Source of the DNA: Candidatus Levyibacteriota bacterium
Lineage (GTDB): Bacteria; Patescibacteriota; Microgenomatia; Levybacterales; UBA12049
DNA length: 64,000 nt
Direction of reading: 5' to 3'
Assembly: GCA_038205015.1 (NCBI GenBank)
Contig: JBBRCK010000001.1
Coordinates: 51,862-115,861, forward strand
Shown here: one piece after another, positions 1 to 7,908 of the stretch
Layout of the letters: the number at the start of each line of letters is the position of its first letter
How positions within the stretch are numbered: position 1 is the stretch's first letter
Position numbers and translations under genes: made by a program
Notes under the pieces: model-generated
Told to the model about the DNA's origin: nothing
The model's database searches: none
The model's input: only the letters and a program-made list of their open reading frames with translations

Positions 1-32
1 CTCCGAATGCTTTAATTCTAATTTTTCCCATA

Positions 33-455
33 TTAAACTACCTTAATACCCATTGAGCGGGCTACTCCTTCGACAATTTTTCTGGCCGGTTCTAATTCGT
101 CGGTATTTAAATCTTCCATTTTGGCTTTGGCAATTTCTTCGGCTTGCGTTTTAGTTAGGGTACCTGCTGATTCATTTCCTGGTTTTTGTGAGCCTTTTTC
201 AAGTCCCAAGGTTTTTTTAATCATTTCGGCAATCGGTGATTTCTTGACAATAAATGAAAAAGTTCTGTCCTCATAAACAGTAATAACAGCAGGAACAATG
301 GTTCCTTTTTGATCTGCAGTCCTATCGTTAAAAGCTTTAACGAATTCCATAATCGGAAGTCCGTGAGGACCAAGTGCTGTTCCAACCGGTGGCGCCGGTG
401 TTGCAGCTCCTGCAGGAATGTTAATTTTTATTAATGTTTTTATCTTTTTAGCCAT
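33..455 (-). CDS. rplK: 50S ribosomal protein L11
   Basis: 140 aa; conserved L11 N-terminal (PAGAATPAPPVG) and C-terminal motifs; immediately downstream of nusG on the same strand. Confidence 0.9.
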   Translation of the reverse strand: MAKKIKTLIKINIPAGAATPAPPVGTALGPHGLPIMEFVKAFNDRTADQKGTIVPAVITVYEDRTFSFIVKKSPIAEMIKKTLGLEKGSQKPGNESAGTLTKTQAEEIAKAKMEDLNTDELEPARKIVEGVARSMGIKVV

Positions 456-559
456 ATATTTTTAGGAATTGTTGAATAAGTAGAGAAGTACCAAAGAGGT
501 ATTCTTATCTACTGGTTCAAGCGATCAACGATCTCCCAGGTTTCCAATAAGTTTTAGTA

Positions 560-1366
560 TTATAACTTAGTAACTTGTAAAAAGTCCAGCTCTACGGGTG
601 TTTCTCTTCCAAAAATTGATACCAAAACTTTTAATTTTCCTTTTGCTTCGTCGATGTTATCGATGGTTCCCAAGAAGTCTGCAAATGGTCCGTCAACAAT
701 TTTAACAGCCTCCCCAACGGTAAATGCAGCCTTGAATAGTGGTTCTTCGGTTGCCATAAACTTTTGAATTGCTTCGACTTCTTTATCGGAAATTGGAGTA
801 GGCTTGTTTCCAGCGCCGATAAAGGCGGTTACGCCCTGAGTAGTTCTTACTAAAAGCCAGCTTTCATCATCCAAAATCATTTTTACTAAAACGTATCCCG
901 GGAAGATTTTCTCTTTGACTGTTTCTTTTTTGCCTTGTGAAACTTTAACTGTTTCTCTGGTTGGAACAATAATGTCAAAGATTCTCTCTTCAAATCCCAT
1001 TGATTCAATTCTTTGGTGAAGGGATTTTGAAACTTTATTTTCATGTCCCGAATAAGTATGTACGATATACCATTTTCCCGCATCCGATGGGGAAGAGGTA
1101 ATTGGTGTTTCTACTACTGCTGGCTCTTCAGCTACTTCACTTGTTGCTTCAGTTTTGCCGTCTTCTTCTACGCTTTCGATTAATTCTTCTTTTGGAGCTT
1201 CGATTTCTTCGACTTTTTCAGGTGCTTCAATTGCTTGCGGGGCCACTTCTTCAACTGGTTTTTCTTCAACAACCGATTCCTCCACAATATCAGGGGTCGC
1301 ATCAGGTGCGACTTCCTCAACTGCTTCTTCTTTTACTCCTTCTACTGGTTTCTTATTATCATCCAT
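560..1366 (-). CDS. nusG: Transcription termination/antitermination factor NusG with ~95-aa acidic N-terminal extension
   Basis: C-terminal 170 aa match NusG NGN+KOW domains (KWYIVHT...GFEERIFD...VKIVDGPFADF); N-terminus is an E/V/P-rich low-complexity region. Confidence 0.85.
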   Translation of the reverse strand: MDDNKKPVEGVKEEAVEEVAPDATPDIVEESVVEEKPVEEVAPQAIEAPEKVEEIEAPKEELIESVEEDGKTEATSEVAEEPAVVETPITSSPSDAGKWYIVHTYSGHENKVSKSLHQRIESMGFEERIFDIIVPTRETVKVSQGKKETVKEKIFPGYVLVKMILDDESWLLVRTTQGVTAFIGAGNKPTPISDKEVEAIQKFMATEEPLFKAAFTVGEAVKIVDGPFADFLGTIDNIDEAKGKLKVLVSIFGRETPVELDFLQVTKL

Positions 1367-1371
1367 ATTTT

Positions 1372-1563
1372 TTAATGCTTGGTAACTATTAATGAGACTA
1401 ATTTTGTAAGTATAAAATCGGTTACTCCTAAAAATATACCTACAGCTAAACTTACTAATATTACAACTCCGGTAAGTCTGATTATTTCATCTCGTGTTGG
1501 CCAGACTACCTTTCTTAGTTCGTCTCTTACTTCTTTTAAAAAAACAACTGGTGTTGTTGCCAT
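1372..1563 (-). CDS. secE: Preprotein translocase subunit SecE
   Basis: 63 aa, single C-terminal TM helix, conserved position immediately upstream of nusG. Confidence 0.7.
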   Translation of the reverse strand: MATTPVVFLKEVRDELRKVVWPTRDEIIRLTGVVILVSLAVGIFLGVTDFILTKLVSLIVTKH

Positions 1564-1675
1564 AAAATTAAAATCCTAAGTTTAGTGGGATTTGTCAAAT
1601 ATTTTATCAGATATTTATCTTTGTGTAAAGAAGAAGGTTGACAGGAAATATTACTAAGCATTACAATCTAAAGAC

Positions 1676-2560
1676 ATGAACAAGAAAATTAGAAAAGTTG
1701 TTATTCCTGCCGCTGGATTTGGAACCCGCTTTTTACCTCAGACAAAAGCAATGCCTAAAGAAATGCTCCCAATTGTTGATAAGCCGGTTATTCAATACGT
1801 GGTCGAAGAAGCGGTAGAATCGGGGATAGAAGACGTAATAATAGTAACCGGAGCCGCGAAAAGGGCAATTGAAGACCATTTTGATGTTCCAAATGCAGAG
1901 CTTATTAGGAATTTGGAAATGGGTGGAAAAGATGAATTGGTAAAGCATGTAATGCGCCTTTCTGAATTGGCAAATTTTATTTACATTAGACAAAAAGGTC
2001 CTTATGGTAATGGAACTCCAATACTTTCAGCAGAACCGGCAATTGAAGATGAGCCATTTGCAGTACTTTGGGGAGATGAATTTATTTATTCCAAGCCGCC
2101 AAGACTAAAACAAATGATTGATGTTTATGAAAAATACGGTGGCATTGTAATTTCTGGTGTAAGAATAAATAAAAAAGAAGATCTAAAAAGGTATGGAATT
2201 GCAGATATTACACCGGTTGAGGGAAATGTTTATAAGATTAATTCAATCGTAGAAAAACCCGATCCAGAGCATGCTCCTTCAAACCTTGCAACTCATGGTG
2301 GATATATTCTGCCACCTGAAATTTTTGAAGCCTTAAGAGGTCTGGAGCCGGGAAAGGGTGGGGAAATCTGGCTGGTTGATGCAATTAATAAGTTAAGAGA
2401 TAAGGGCGTTCCAATTTTTGCGGTAGAAATAGAAAATGCTAAATATTATGATACCGGCAATAAACTTGAATATATGAAAACAGTTGTTGAGCTTGGTCTT
2501 AAGCATCCGGATATTAACGGAGCGTTTAAAGATTTCCTCAAAGAGTTAGATCTTAAATAA
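1676..2560 (+). CDS. galU: UTP--glucose-1-phosphate uridylyltransferase
   Basis: N-terminal VIPAAGFGTRFLP...KEMLPIVDKPVIQY nucleotidyltransferase motif; 294 aa. Confidence 0.85.
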   Translation: MNKKIRKVVIPAAGFGTRFLPQTKAMPKEMLPIVDKPVIQYVVEEAVESGIEDVIIVTGAAKRAIEDHFDVPNAELIRNLEMGGKDELVKHVMRLSELANFIYIRQKGPYGNGTPILSAEPAIEDEPFAVLWGDEFIYSKPPRLKQMIDVYEKYGGIVISGVRINKKEDLKRYGIADITPVEGNVYKINSIVEKPDPEHAPSNLATHGGYILPPEIFEALRGLEPGKGGEIWLVDAINKLRDKGVPIFAVEIENAKYYDTGNKLEYMKTVVELGLKHPDINGAFKDFLKELDLK

Positions 2561-3177
2561 TGACAAAAAAGAATTTTCCTTTGTTGGCATTTTTCCTTCT
2601 GTTAATTTTTTCTATCCTTTCAATTTTCGTACATTTTAATTTATTTAAAAGTATAGATCTTCAAACTATTATACTACTGCAAAATGTAATTCCAAGAAAC
2701 TTTGATTTAATATTTTCTGTATTTAGTTTACTAGGAAGCGTAGAAATTGTGTTAGTGATTATCTTGATTCTATGGTATTTTATAAGAAAATTGAATTACT
2801 TTTATGTTCTTTTATTTTTTGGAATTTTTCATGTAATCGAACTTTTAGGTAAGGTTTTAGTTAACCATCCGGGGCCAATTGCTAAGTTTTTCCGCTACGA
2901 TATTCCTTTTGTTTTTCCAACTTCTTCTGTAAAGCCTGGCTCATCGTATCCATCAGGTCATTTGGGAAGAACAATGTTTGTTTCAATAATTATTATTTAT
3001 GTTGTTTCAAAACTAAAACTTAAAAAAATGCATAAAAATATAATTTACGTTTTAGTTTTGGCATTTGACATCACAATGTTCTTGTCCAGAATCTACTTAG
3101 GTGAACATTGGTTATCAGATGTAGTCGGAGGTTCGCTTTTAGGCTCTTCGATGATAATATTTGCCCTTATTTTTTAA
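2560..3177 (+). CDS. PAP2-family membrane phosphatase
   Basis: multi-TM; PAP2 motifs PSGH...SRIYLGEHWLSDV; start overlaps galU stop. Confidence 0.6.
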   Translation: MTKKNFPLLAFFLLLIFSILSIFVHFNLFKSIDLQTIILLQNVIPRNFDLIFSVFSLLGSVEIVLVIILILWYFIRKLNYFYVLLFFGIFHVIELLGKVLVNHPGPIAKFFRYDIPFVFPTSSVKPGSSYPSGHLGRTMFVSIIIIYVVSKLKLKKMHKNIIYVLVLAFDITMFLSRIYLGEHWLSDVVGGSLLGSSMIIFALIF

Positions 3178-3404
3178 TAGGTGGGCCTACCCTCTATAAT
3201 AACAGAACCTACTGGGACTGAAATAACTCTTTGTCTTGGTTCACCTTCAATTTTGACAATTTGTGTTTTTAATATAGCAAATCCTGCATTATATTTTGCA
3301 TACTGAAGTGTTTCATCATGTAGATTGGGATCGTAAACAAGAGTTTCTGATTCCGCCATTACAATTCTGGTAACATTAGGTTCTCCTTCGGTATTTCTTT
3401 TCAT
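3174..3404 (-). CDS. Hypothetical small protein
   Basis: 76-aa ORF only; no family recognised. Confidence 0.3.
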   Translation of the reverse strand: MKRNTEGEPNVTRIVMAESETLVYDPNLHDETLQYAKYNAGFAILKTQIVKIEGEPRQRVISVPVGSVIIEGRPTY

Positions 3405-3736
3405 TGTTTAGGGATTTTATGCATTATAAACCTATCTGTCAAGTTGACAAAAATATATGCTTTGATATACTTATTTTGTTCTTTGGTATTAAGAGGAAGT
3501 TGGTAAGATTTTCCTCTACAAATTCACTAGACTAGAGGTACTCCAAAGTTTTTTGGAGGACAGGGCGAATTATCACGTTTCCAAAAGAAGCAGATTTAGC
3601 CCACCTAATTAAAGTTTAGGGGAAACATCAACTCCGCTCGGTACCAAGGACGAATTTATTCTTATTATTTATTCTTCGCCCCACAAGGGCTTGTTCTTCG
3701 TACTCCATATTTGATAAAATTAAAGCTAGTACTCAA

Positions 3737-3808
3737 GCCGACTTAGCTCAGTGGTAGAGCAACACTTTTGTAAAGTGAAGGTCCTCGGTCCAAATCCGAG
3801 AGTCGGCT
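3737..3808 (+). tRNA. tRNA-Thr (anticodon UGU)
   Basis: cloverleaf by hand: acceptor GCCGACU/AGUCGGC, anticodon loop UUUGUAA; CC (not full CCA) follows the discriminator. Confidence 0.8.
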
Positions 3809-3964
3809 CCGTACTTAAGAAATAGAAATATTATAATAAGAATGTGCTTAATTTGTCCTAATTGTCATTCTCTAAGCCCAAATTTTAGAAATTTAAATAA
3901 AGGAAAAGGTAAGATCTTGGAGAATTAAGTATTTAAAATCAAAAATTTGATAAAATAGATTTAA

Positions 3965-4049
3965 GCTGAGTTGGCGGAGTAGTCAATCGCACCTCGCTGT
4001 AGACGAGGCGCCCGGAAGGGCTACGGGAGTGCAAATCTCTCACTCAGCA
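3965..4049 (+). tRNA. tRNA-Tyr (anticodon GUA) with long variable arm
   Basis: acceptor GCUGAGU/ACUCAGC, anticodon stem CCUCG/CGAGG loop CUGUAGA, variable stem-loop GCCC-GGAA-GGGC, T-loop UGCAAAU. Confidence 0.8.
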
Positions 4050-4169
4050 CAATTAATACTCGATTTATACTTTACTAAGTTCTATACTAGAACTAGCTCT
4101 ATTTATTGTATGAATTAATATCCTATTTTAAAAGACGAGCTGGAAACACTCTATTCTTCCGGTAGATCA

Positions 4170-4721
4170 ATGTCTGAAATTGCCGTTAGTCTGAAATGCT
4201 CTCTCCATAAAGTAGTTTATTGGATGATAAAGTATAATCTTAAAAGACGAAACAGAAGCGAAGCTTTGTATCTTAAACTAAACCCAAATGGTGATCCTTT
4301 TAATATTAAAGAGGAAATAAATTCAGAAGAAACATTTCTTTATGGTTTGGGTTTGGGAATTTATTGGGGAGAGGGAGAAAGAGTTTCAAAAGGTAAAGTT
4401 AGAGTAGCTAATACTGACCCAAATCTTCTAAGAATATTCCGGAAGTTTCTAATTATATATTGCCAGGTTGATCTTTCCAGGATCCATTATTACCTAATTT
4501 GTTTTAATGATAGTAATCCTGAATTGGTAAAAGCATTTTGGGCAAAAGAACTCAAGATATCGAAAGAAAAATTTGGTAAAATAGTACAGATTGCGTCTCA
4601 GGGGAAAGGAAGTTATAGAAAAAAATCGCAATTCGGAAGTTGTACTATAGAGGTCTCAAACATAAAGTTAAAACATTGGTTAATGCAGGAATTGCATAAA
4701 TTAAATACATTGCCTAGGTAG
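4170..4721 (+). CDS. LAGLIDADG-like putative homing endonuclease with N-terminal HTH-like region
   Basis: 183 aa; motif FLYGLGLGIYWGEGER resembles single LAGLIDADG block followed by hydrophobic core; last 10 nt overlap tRNA-Thr(GGU); occupies the slot where tRNA-Gly sits in thrU-tyrU-glyT-thrT arrays. Confidence 0.45.
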   Translation: MSEIAVSLKCSLHKVVYWMIKYNLKRRNRSEALYLKLNPNGDPFNIKEEINSEETFLYGLGLGIYWGEGERVSKGKVRVANTDPNLLRIFRKFLIIYCQVDLSRIHYYLICFNDSNPELVKAFWAKELKISKEKFGKIVQIASQGKGSYRKKSQFGSCTIEVSNIKLKHWLMQELHKLNTLPR

Positions 4722-4783
4722 TTCAGTGGCAGAACGCCAACTTGGTAAGTTGGAAGTCGAGGGTTCGATTCCCTCTCTAGGCT
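4712..4783 (+). tRNA. tRNA-Thr (anticodon GGU)
   Basis: acceptor GCCUAGG/UCUAGGC (one G-U), anticodon stem CCAAC/GUUGG loop UUGGUAA, T-loop UUCGAUU. Confidence 0.8.
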
Positions 4784-4819
4784 CATTTTTGATATAATAG
4801 GCAGGGAGGAGGAAAAATT

Positions 4820-4996
4820 ATGGCAAAAAAAGGAGATCACAGAGCAATATTGGGATTAGTTTGCACTGTTTGTAAAAACAGGAATTATGTTACTACCAGA
4901 AATAAGCTTAATACCTTAGAAAAGTTAGCGCTTAAAAAGTTTTGTAAATTGTGCAGAAAAAAGACCGAACATAAAGAAGTAGATAAGCTTAAATAA
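4820..4996 (+). CDS. rpmG: 50S ribosomal protein L33
   Basis: 58 aa not in ORF track (below the 60-aa cut-off); MAKKGDHRAILGLVCTVCKNRNYVTTRNKLNTLEKLALKKFCKLCRKKTEHKEVDKLK; GGAGGA SD 9 nt upstream. Confidence 0.8.
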   Translation: MAKKGDHRAILGLVCTVCKNRNYVTTRNKLNTLEKLALKKFCKLCRKKTEHKEVDKLK

Positions 4997-5048
4997 TCCG
5001 TTTCCTCTTGATTGATTGAGGTAGATTTTCCAAGTATAATAGCGTTAT

Positions 5049-5120
5049 AGGGACGTGGTGAAATGGTTATCACAGCAGTCTCCAAAACTGCTTTTCTCAG
5101 TTCGAGTCTGAGCGTCCCTG
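5049..5120 (+). tRNA. tRNA-Trp (anticodon CCA)
   Basis: acceptor AGGGACG/CGUCCCU, D-stem GUGA/UCAC, anticodon stem GCAGU/ACUGC loop CUCCAAA, T-loop UUCGAGU; CCA not encoded. Confidence 0.8.
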
Positions 5121-5125
5121 CAAGT

Positions 5126-5767
5126 TTATAATCCCAGAAGATGCATAGAGAAAGTTAGTAGATTAGAAATTATTCCTCCCAAAGAAATCCCGCCGATTGG
5201 AAACATCAGTAGAAAGAAAAGTATAAATATGCCAATACTACCAATTGAAAGATATGAGTTCGCCTCACGTTCCGGCAAAATTAAGGCAAAAACTTTTGAG
5301 CCATCTAAAGGTGGAATTGGAATTGAGTTAAAAATTGCCAAAAGAAGATTTATTTTTACTACAGTTAGTAAAAACCATGCAAGATAAACTCCACCTGAGG
5401 CGGATAAAATAAATCCTCCCAAAAATCTTAGTATTAATGCAGAAATTACTGCGATTAATATATTTGTAGCAGGACCTGCCAAAGAAACAAGGGCCATATC
5501 TTTTCTGCCGTCTTTTAGGTTAAAAGGATCGACCGGTACAGGCTTGGCTGCCCCAAAAATTACCGGTGAGCCCGAAATAATAAGAATTAAGGGAAGAGCT
5601 ATGCTCATAAAAGGGTCAATATGATTTTTGGGGTTTAAGGTAAGCCTGCCCATAAGCCTTGCTGTGGGGTCACCAAGTCTTTCTGCAATCACTCCGTGAG
5701 CTATTTCGTGCAAGATTGCCGAGTAGATTAAAATAATTAAAGATAGAAGTCCTGTTATCAAATCCAT
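5126..5767 (-). CDS. Site-2 protease family (peptidase M50) membrane metalloprotease
   Basis: HEIAHG HExxH motif in TM helix, multi-TM, LDG motif near C-terminal region. Confidence 0.7.
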   Translation of the reverse strand: MDLITGLLSLIILIYSAILHEIAHGVIAERLGDPTARLMGRLTLNPKNHIDPFMSIALPLILIISGSPVIFGAAKPVPVDPFNLKDGRKDMALVSLAGPATNILIAVISALILRFLGGFILSASGGVYLAWFLLTVVKINLLLAIFNSIPIPPLDGSKVFALILPEREANSYLSIGSIGIFILFFLLMFPIGGISLGGIISNLLTFSMHLLGL

Positions 5768-5804
5768 TGTAATTTTAAGGCTTTTTTAGTATACTAGAAA
5801 CTCT

Positions 5805-6071
5805 ATGGCAGCACAATGTTTCAATTGCGGAAAAGGAGTTATGTATGGAAGCACACACAGGCATCATGCAGGTGTAGCTGGAGGACGCTGGAAAAAACGT
5901 GCTCCTAGAACAGCAAAGTTATTCAAGCCAAACCTACATAGTGCAAGAATTATAATTAGTGGTTTTACAAAAAAAGTGAAGCTTTGCACAAAATGTCAGA
6001 GGCTTTTAAAGAAAACAAACCAAGAAGTTTCTCCAACTACTCAAGGTGTAGCTCAGATTTCAGTAGTTTAA
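5805..6071 (+). CDS. rpmB: 50S ribosomal protein L28
   Basis: MAAQCFNCGK...SHRHH...RTAKLFKPNLH pattern typical of L28. Confidence 0.75.
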   Translation: MAAQCFNCGKGVMYGSTHRHHAGVAGGRWKKRAPRTAKLFKPNLHSARIIISGFTKKVKLCTKCQRLLKKTNQEVSPTTQGVAQISVV

Positions 6072-6469
6072 TCTTTTAATTTTTTTTCCTCAAGATTTGC
6101 CCTAACAACCAACAGTGGTGTAATTATTAAGTTTAAATATACCAGTCCTTGCCAGGATGAATTTGCTAAAGAAAGGCCAAAGAAAGTAAGCCAAATTCCT
6201 ACATACATCGGATGATTCAGGTATTTATAAAGCCCTCTGGTAATTCTTTTTTGTTCCATGGGAATTACGCCAAAACTTTTACCTAAGCTTACGTAGCTTA
6301 AAATCCAAAATACTAATCCTGCAATAGCCAGTATTATTCCAAGTAAAATAAGATTTGTAGGTGATTTAAAGCTGGAGGGAGTTTTGGTAATGATAAAGAT
6401 ATTCCCAAAATATAAAAAGGGAACAATAATCGTTGCAACAAATTGTAAAACCAAATTCCACTTAATCAT
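6068..6469 (-). CDS. Isoprenylcysteine carboxyl methyltransferase / phospholipid methyltransferase-like membrane protein
   Basis: 4 TM; C-terminal RITRGLYKYLNHPMYVG...EEKKL motif typical of ICMT/PEMT family. Confidence 0.5.
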   Translation of the reverse strand: MIKWNLVLQFVATIIVPFLYFGNIFIITKTPSSFKSPTNLILLGIILAIAGLVFWILSYVSLGKSFGVIPMEQKRITRGLYKYLNHPMYVGIWLTFFGLSLANSSWQGLVYLNLIITPLLVVRANLEEKKLKD

Positions 6470-7310
6470 TTATTTTTATAAAATCCAAAAGTCTTTTATC
6501 GCAATTTGGATAGCCGTTGGCAAAATCTTTATAACTCATTTCATTTTTTCCTTCAACCTGAATCTGTTGGTTGGGTAAGAATTTAACTATCTTAGGTTCC
6601 GCTTCTTTGGTCAATTGCACTTTTGCCCAAACGCCGGGCCAAGTATAGTATGCTCGAACCATTCGCTGGAATAATTCACTTTCCGTAGCTAGCCTTGAAA
6701 TATCAAAAAATCCTTCTTCTTTAGTAAGCATTTTTGTAAAAGTTGCATCATTATGATTTTGTGGAGTCATTTTAATTTGTCCAAACTGGTAGCCTTCAAT
6801 AACTTTTTGCAAAGAAGTACTGCCTAATTTAAAAAGTCTCTCATATAGGGATTTAGCAGTATCATCAGGCCTTATTTCTTCTTCAATCTGGTTAATTATC
6901 GCTCCATGATCAACGTGATTATCAAGAGCAATAATACTTATTCCTGTTTTTGTGTCGCCATTTAAGATAGCGTTTTGAACAGGCGTAGCGCCCCGGTATT
7001 TAGGAAGAAGGGATGGGTGAATATTAATTATTCCGAATTCAAAATCTTTAATTGTTTGTTCGGGAATGATTAATCCGAAGTCCGCAACAATTCCCAAAGG
7101 CGCCATGGCTTGGGCAATTTGAGGATTGGAGATTAAGTCGGCAGATTTTGTTAGAGAAATAAAGGGAATGTTTTTAGTCTTGCAAAAAAAGGGGATTGGA
7201 TCAGAGCTTCCTTGTTCGGTTGTGACAACTAAGGCTAAATCGGTTGAGAAGTGAAGCATTTCAATAACTGGAATTACCATTCTTGAAGCTCCAAAAAAAA
7301 CTACTTTCAT
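6462..7310 (-). CDS. fmt: Methionyl-tRNA formyltransferase
   Basis: formyl transferase motifs IINIHPSLLPKYRGATP; directly downstream of def. Confidence 0.85.
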   Translation of the reverse strand: MKVVFFGASRMVIPVIEMLHFSTDLALVVTTEQGSSDPIPFFCKTKNIPFISLTKSADLISNPQIAQAMAPLGIVADFGLIIPEQTIKDFEFGIINIHPSLLPKYRGATPVQNAILNGDTKTGISIIALDNHVDHGAIINQIEEEIRPDDTAKSLYERLFKLGSTSLQKVIEGYQFGQIKMTPQNHNDATFTKMLTKEEGFFDISRLATESELFQRMVRAYYTWPGVWAKVQLTKEAEPKIVKFLPNQQIQVEGKNEMSYKDFANGYPNCDKRLLDFIKIND

Positions 7311-7353
7311 ACTAGTTGTAAGTATATATTATCTGGTATTTAGAGGCTAGTGG

Positions 7354-7908
7354 TTAGATTTTAAGTTCGTTGAAAATTTCCTCGCCTTTTTCGTCTTTTT
7401 CAGATCTATACAAAGTGCCGTTTTGTTCTAAAACTCTCTTTGGGAATAAAATTCCGTCCAAATGATCCATTTCGTGTTGAATTATTGTAGCCATAAAACC
7501 GGTAAATTTTTTCTTGTGTAAAACATTATTTTCATCCAGATATTCTAGATAAATTTCCTGGTATCTTTTTACTTCTCCCCAAATGTTGGGAAGGGAAAGG
7601 CATCCTTCTAATTTCTTTGTTTTGGATTCACTTTCTTTTTCTTTTTTTAAGGATTTTACAACGCGTGGATTTATAAAAATAAAAATTTTGGATTTAAAGC
7701 TGGGTTTTGTTATAAAAATTTTAAGTTGTTTTCCAATTTGCGGAGCAGCCAACCCGACACCCACAGGATCAGATGCCGATTCTAAAGCTAGTTTCATTTC
7801 CTCAATAAGAATTAAAATTGTTTTATCAATTCTAATAACTGGTTTTGCCTTTTCGGACAGAACAGTTTGTGGGGCTTTTATAATTTCTAACATTTCTATT
7901 TGCTCCAA
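7354..7908 (-). CDS. def: Peptide deformylase
   Basis: motifs GVGLAAPQIG, EGCLSLP, QHEMDHLDG; small Lys-rich insertion. Confidence 0.85.
   Translation of the reverse strand: MEQIEMLEIIKAPQTVLSEKAKPVIRIDKTILILIEEMKLALESASDPVGVGLAAPQIGKQLKIFITKPSFKSKIFIFINPRVVKSLKKEKESESKTKKLEGCLSLPNIWGEVKRYQEIYLEYLDENNVLHKKKFTGFMATIIQHEMDHLDGILFPKRVLEQNGTLYRSEKDEKGEEIFNELKI

Noticed and set aside
886-1579. ORFs 886..1083(-), 1102..1392(+), 1155..1385(+), 1379..1579(+)
   Set aside because: Antisense or out-of-frame within nusG and secE; generated by low-complexity GAA/GTT-rich coding sequence of the NusG acidic extension
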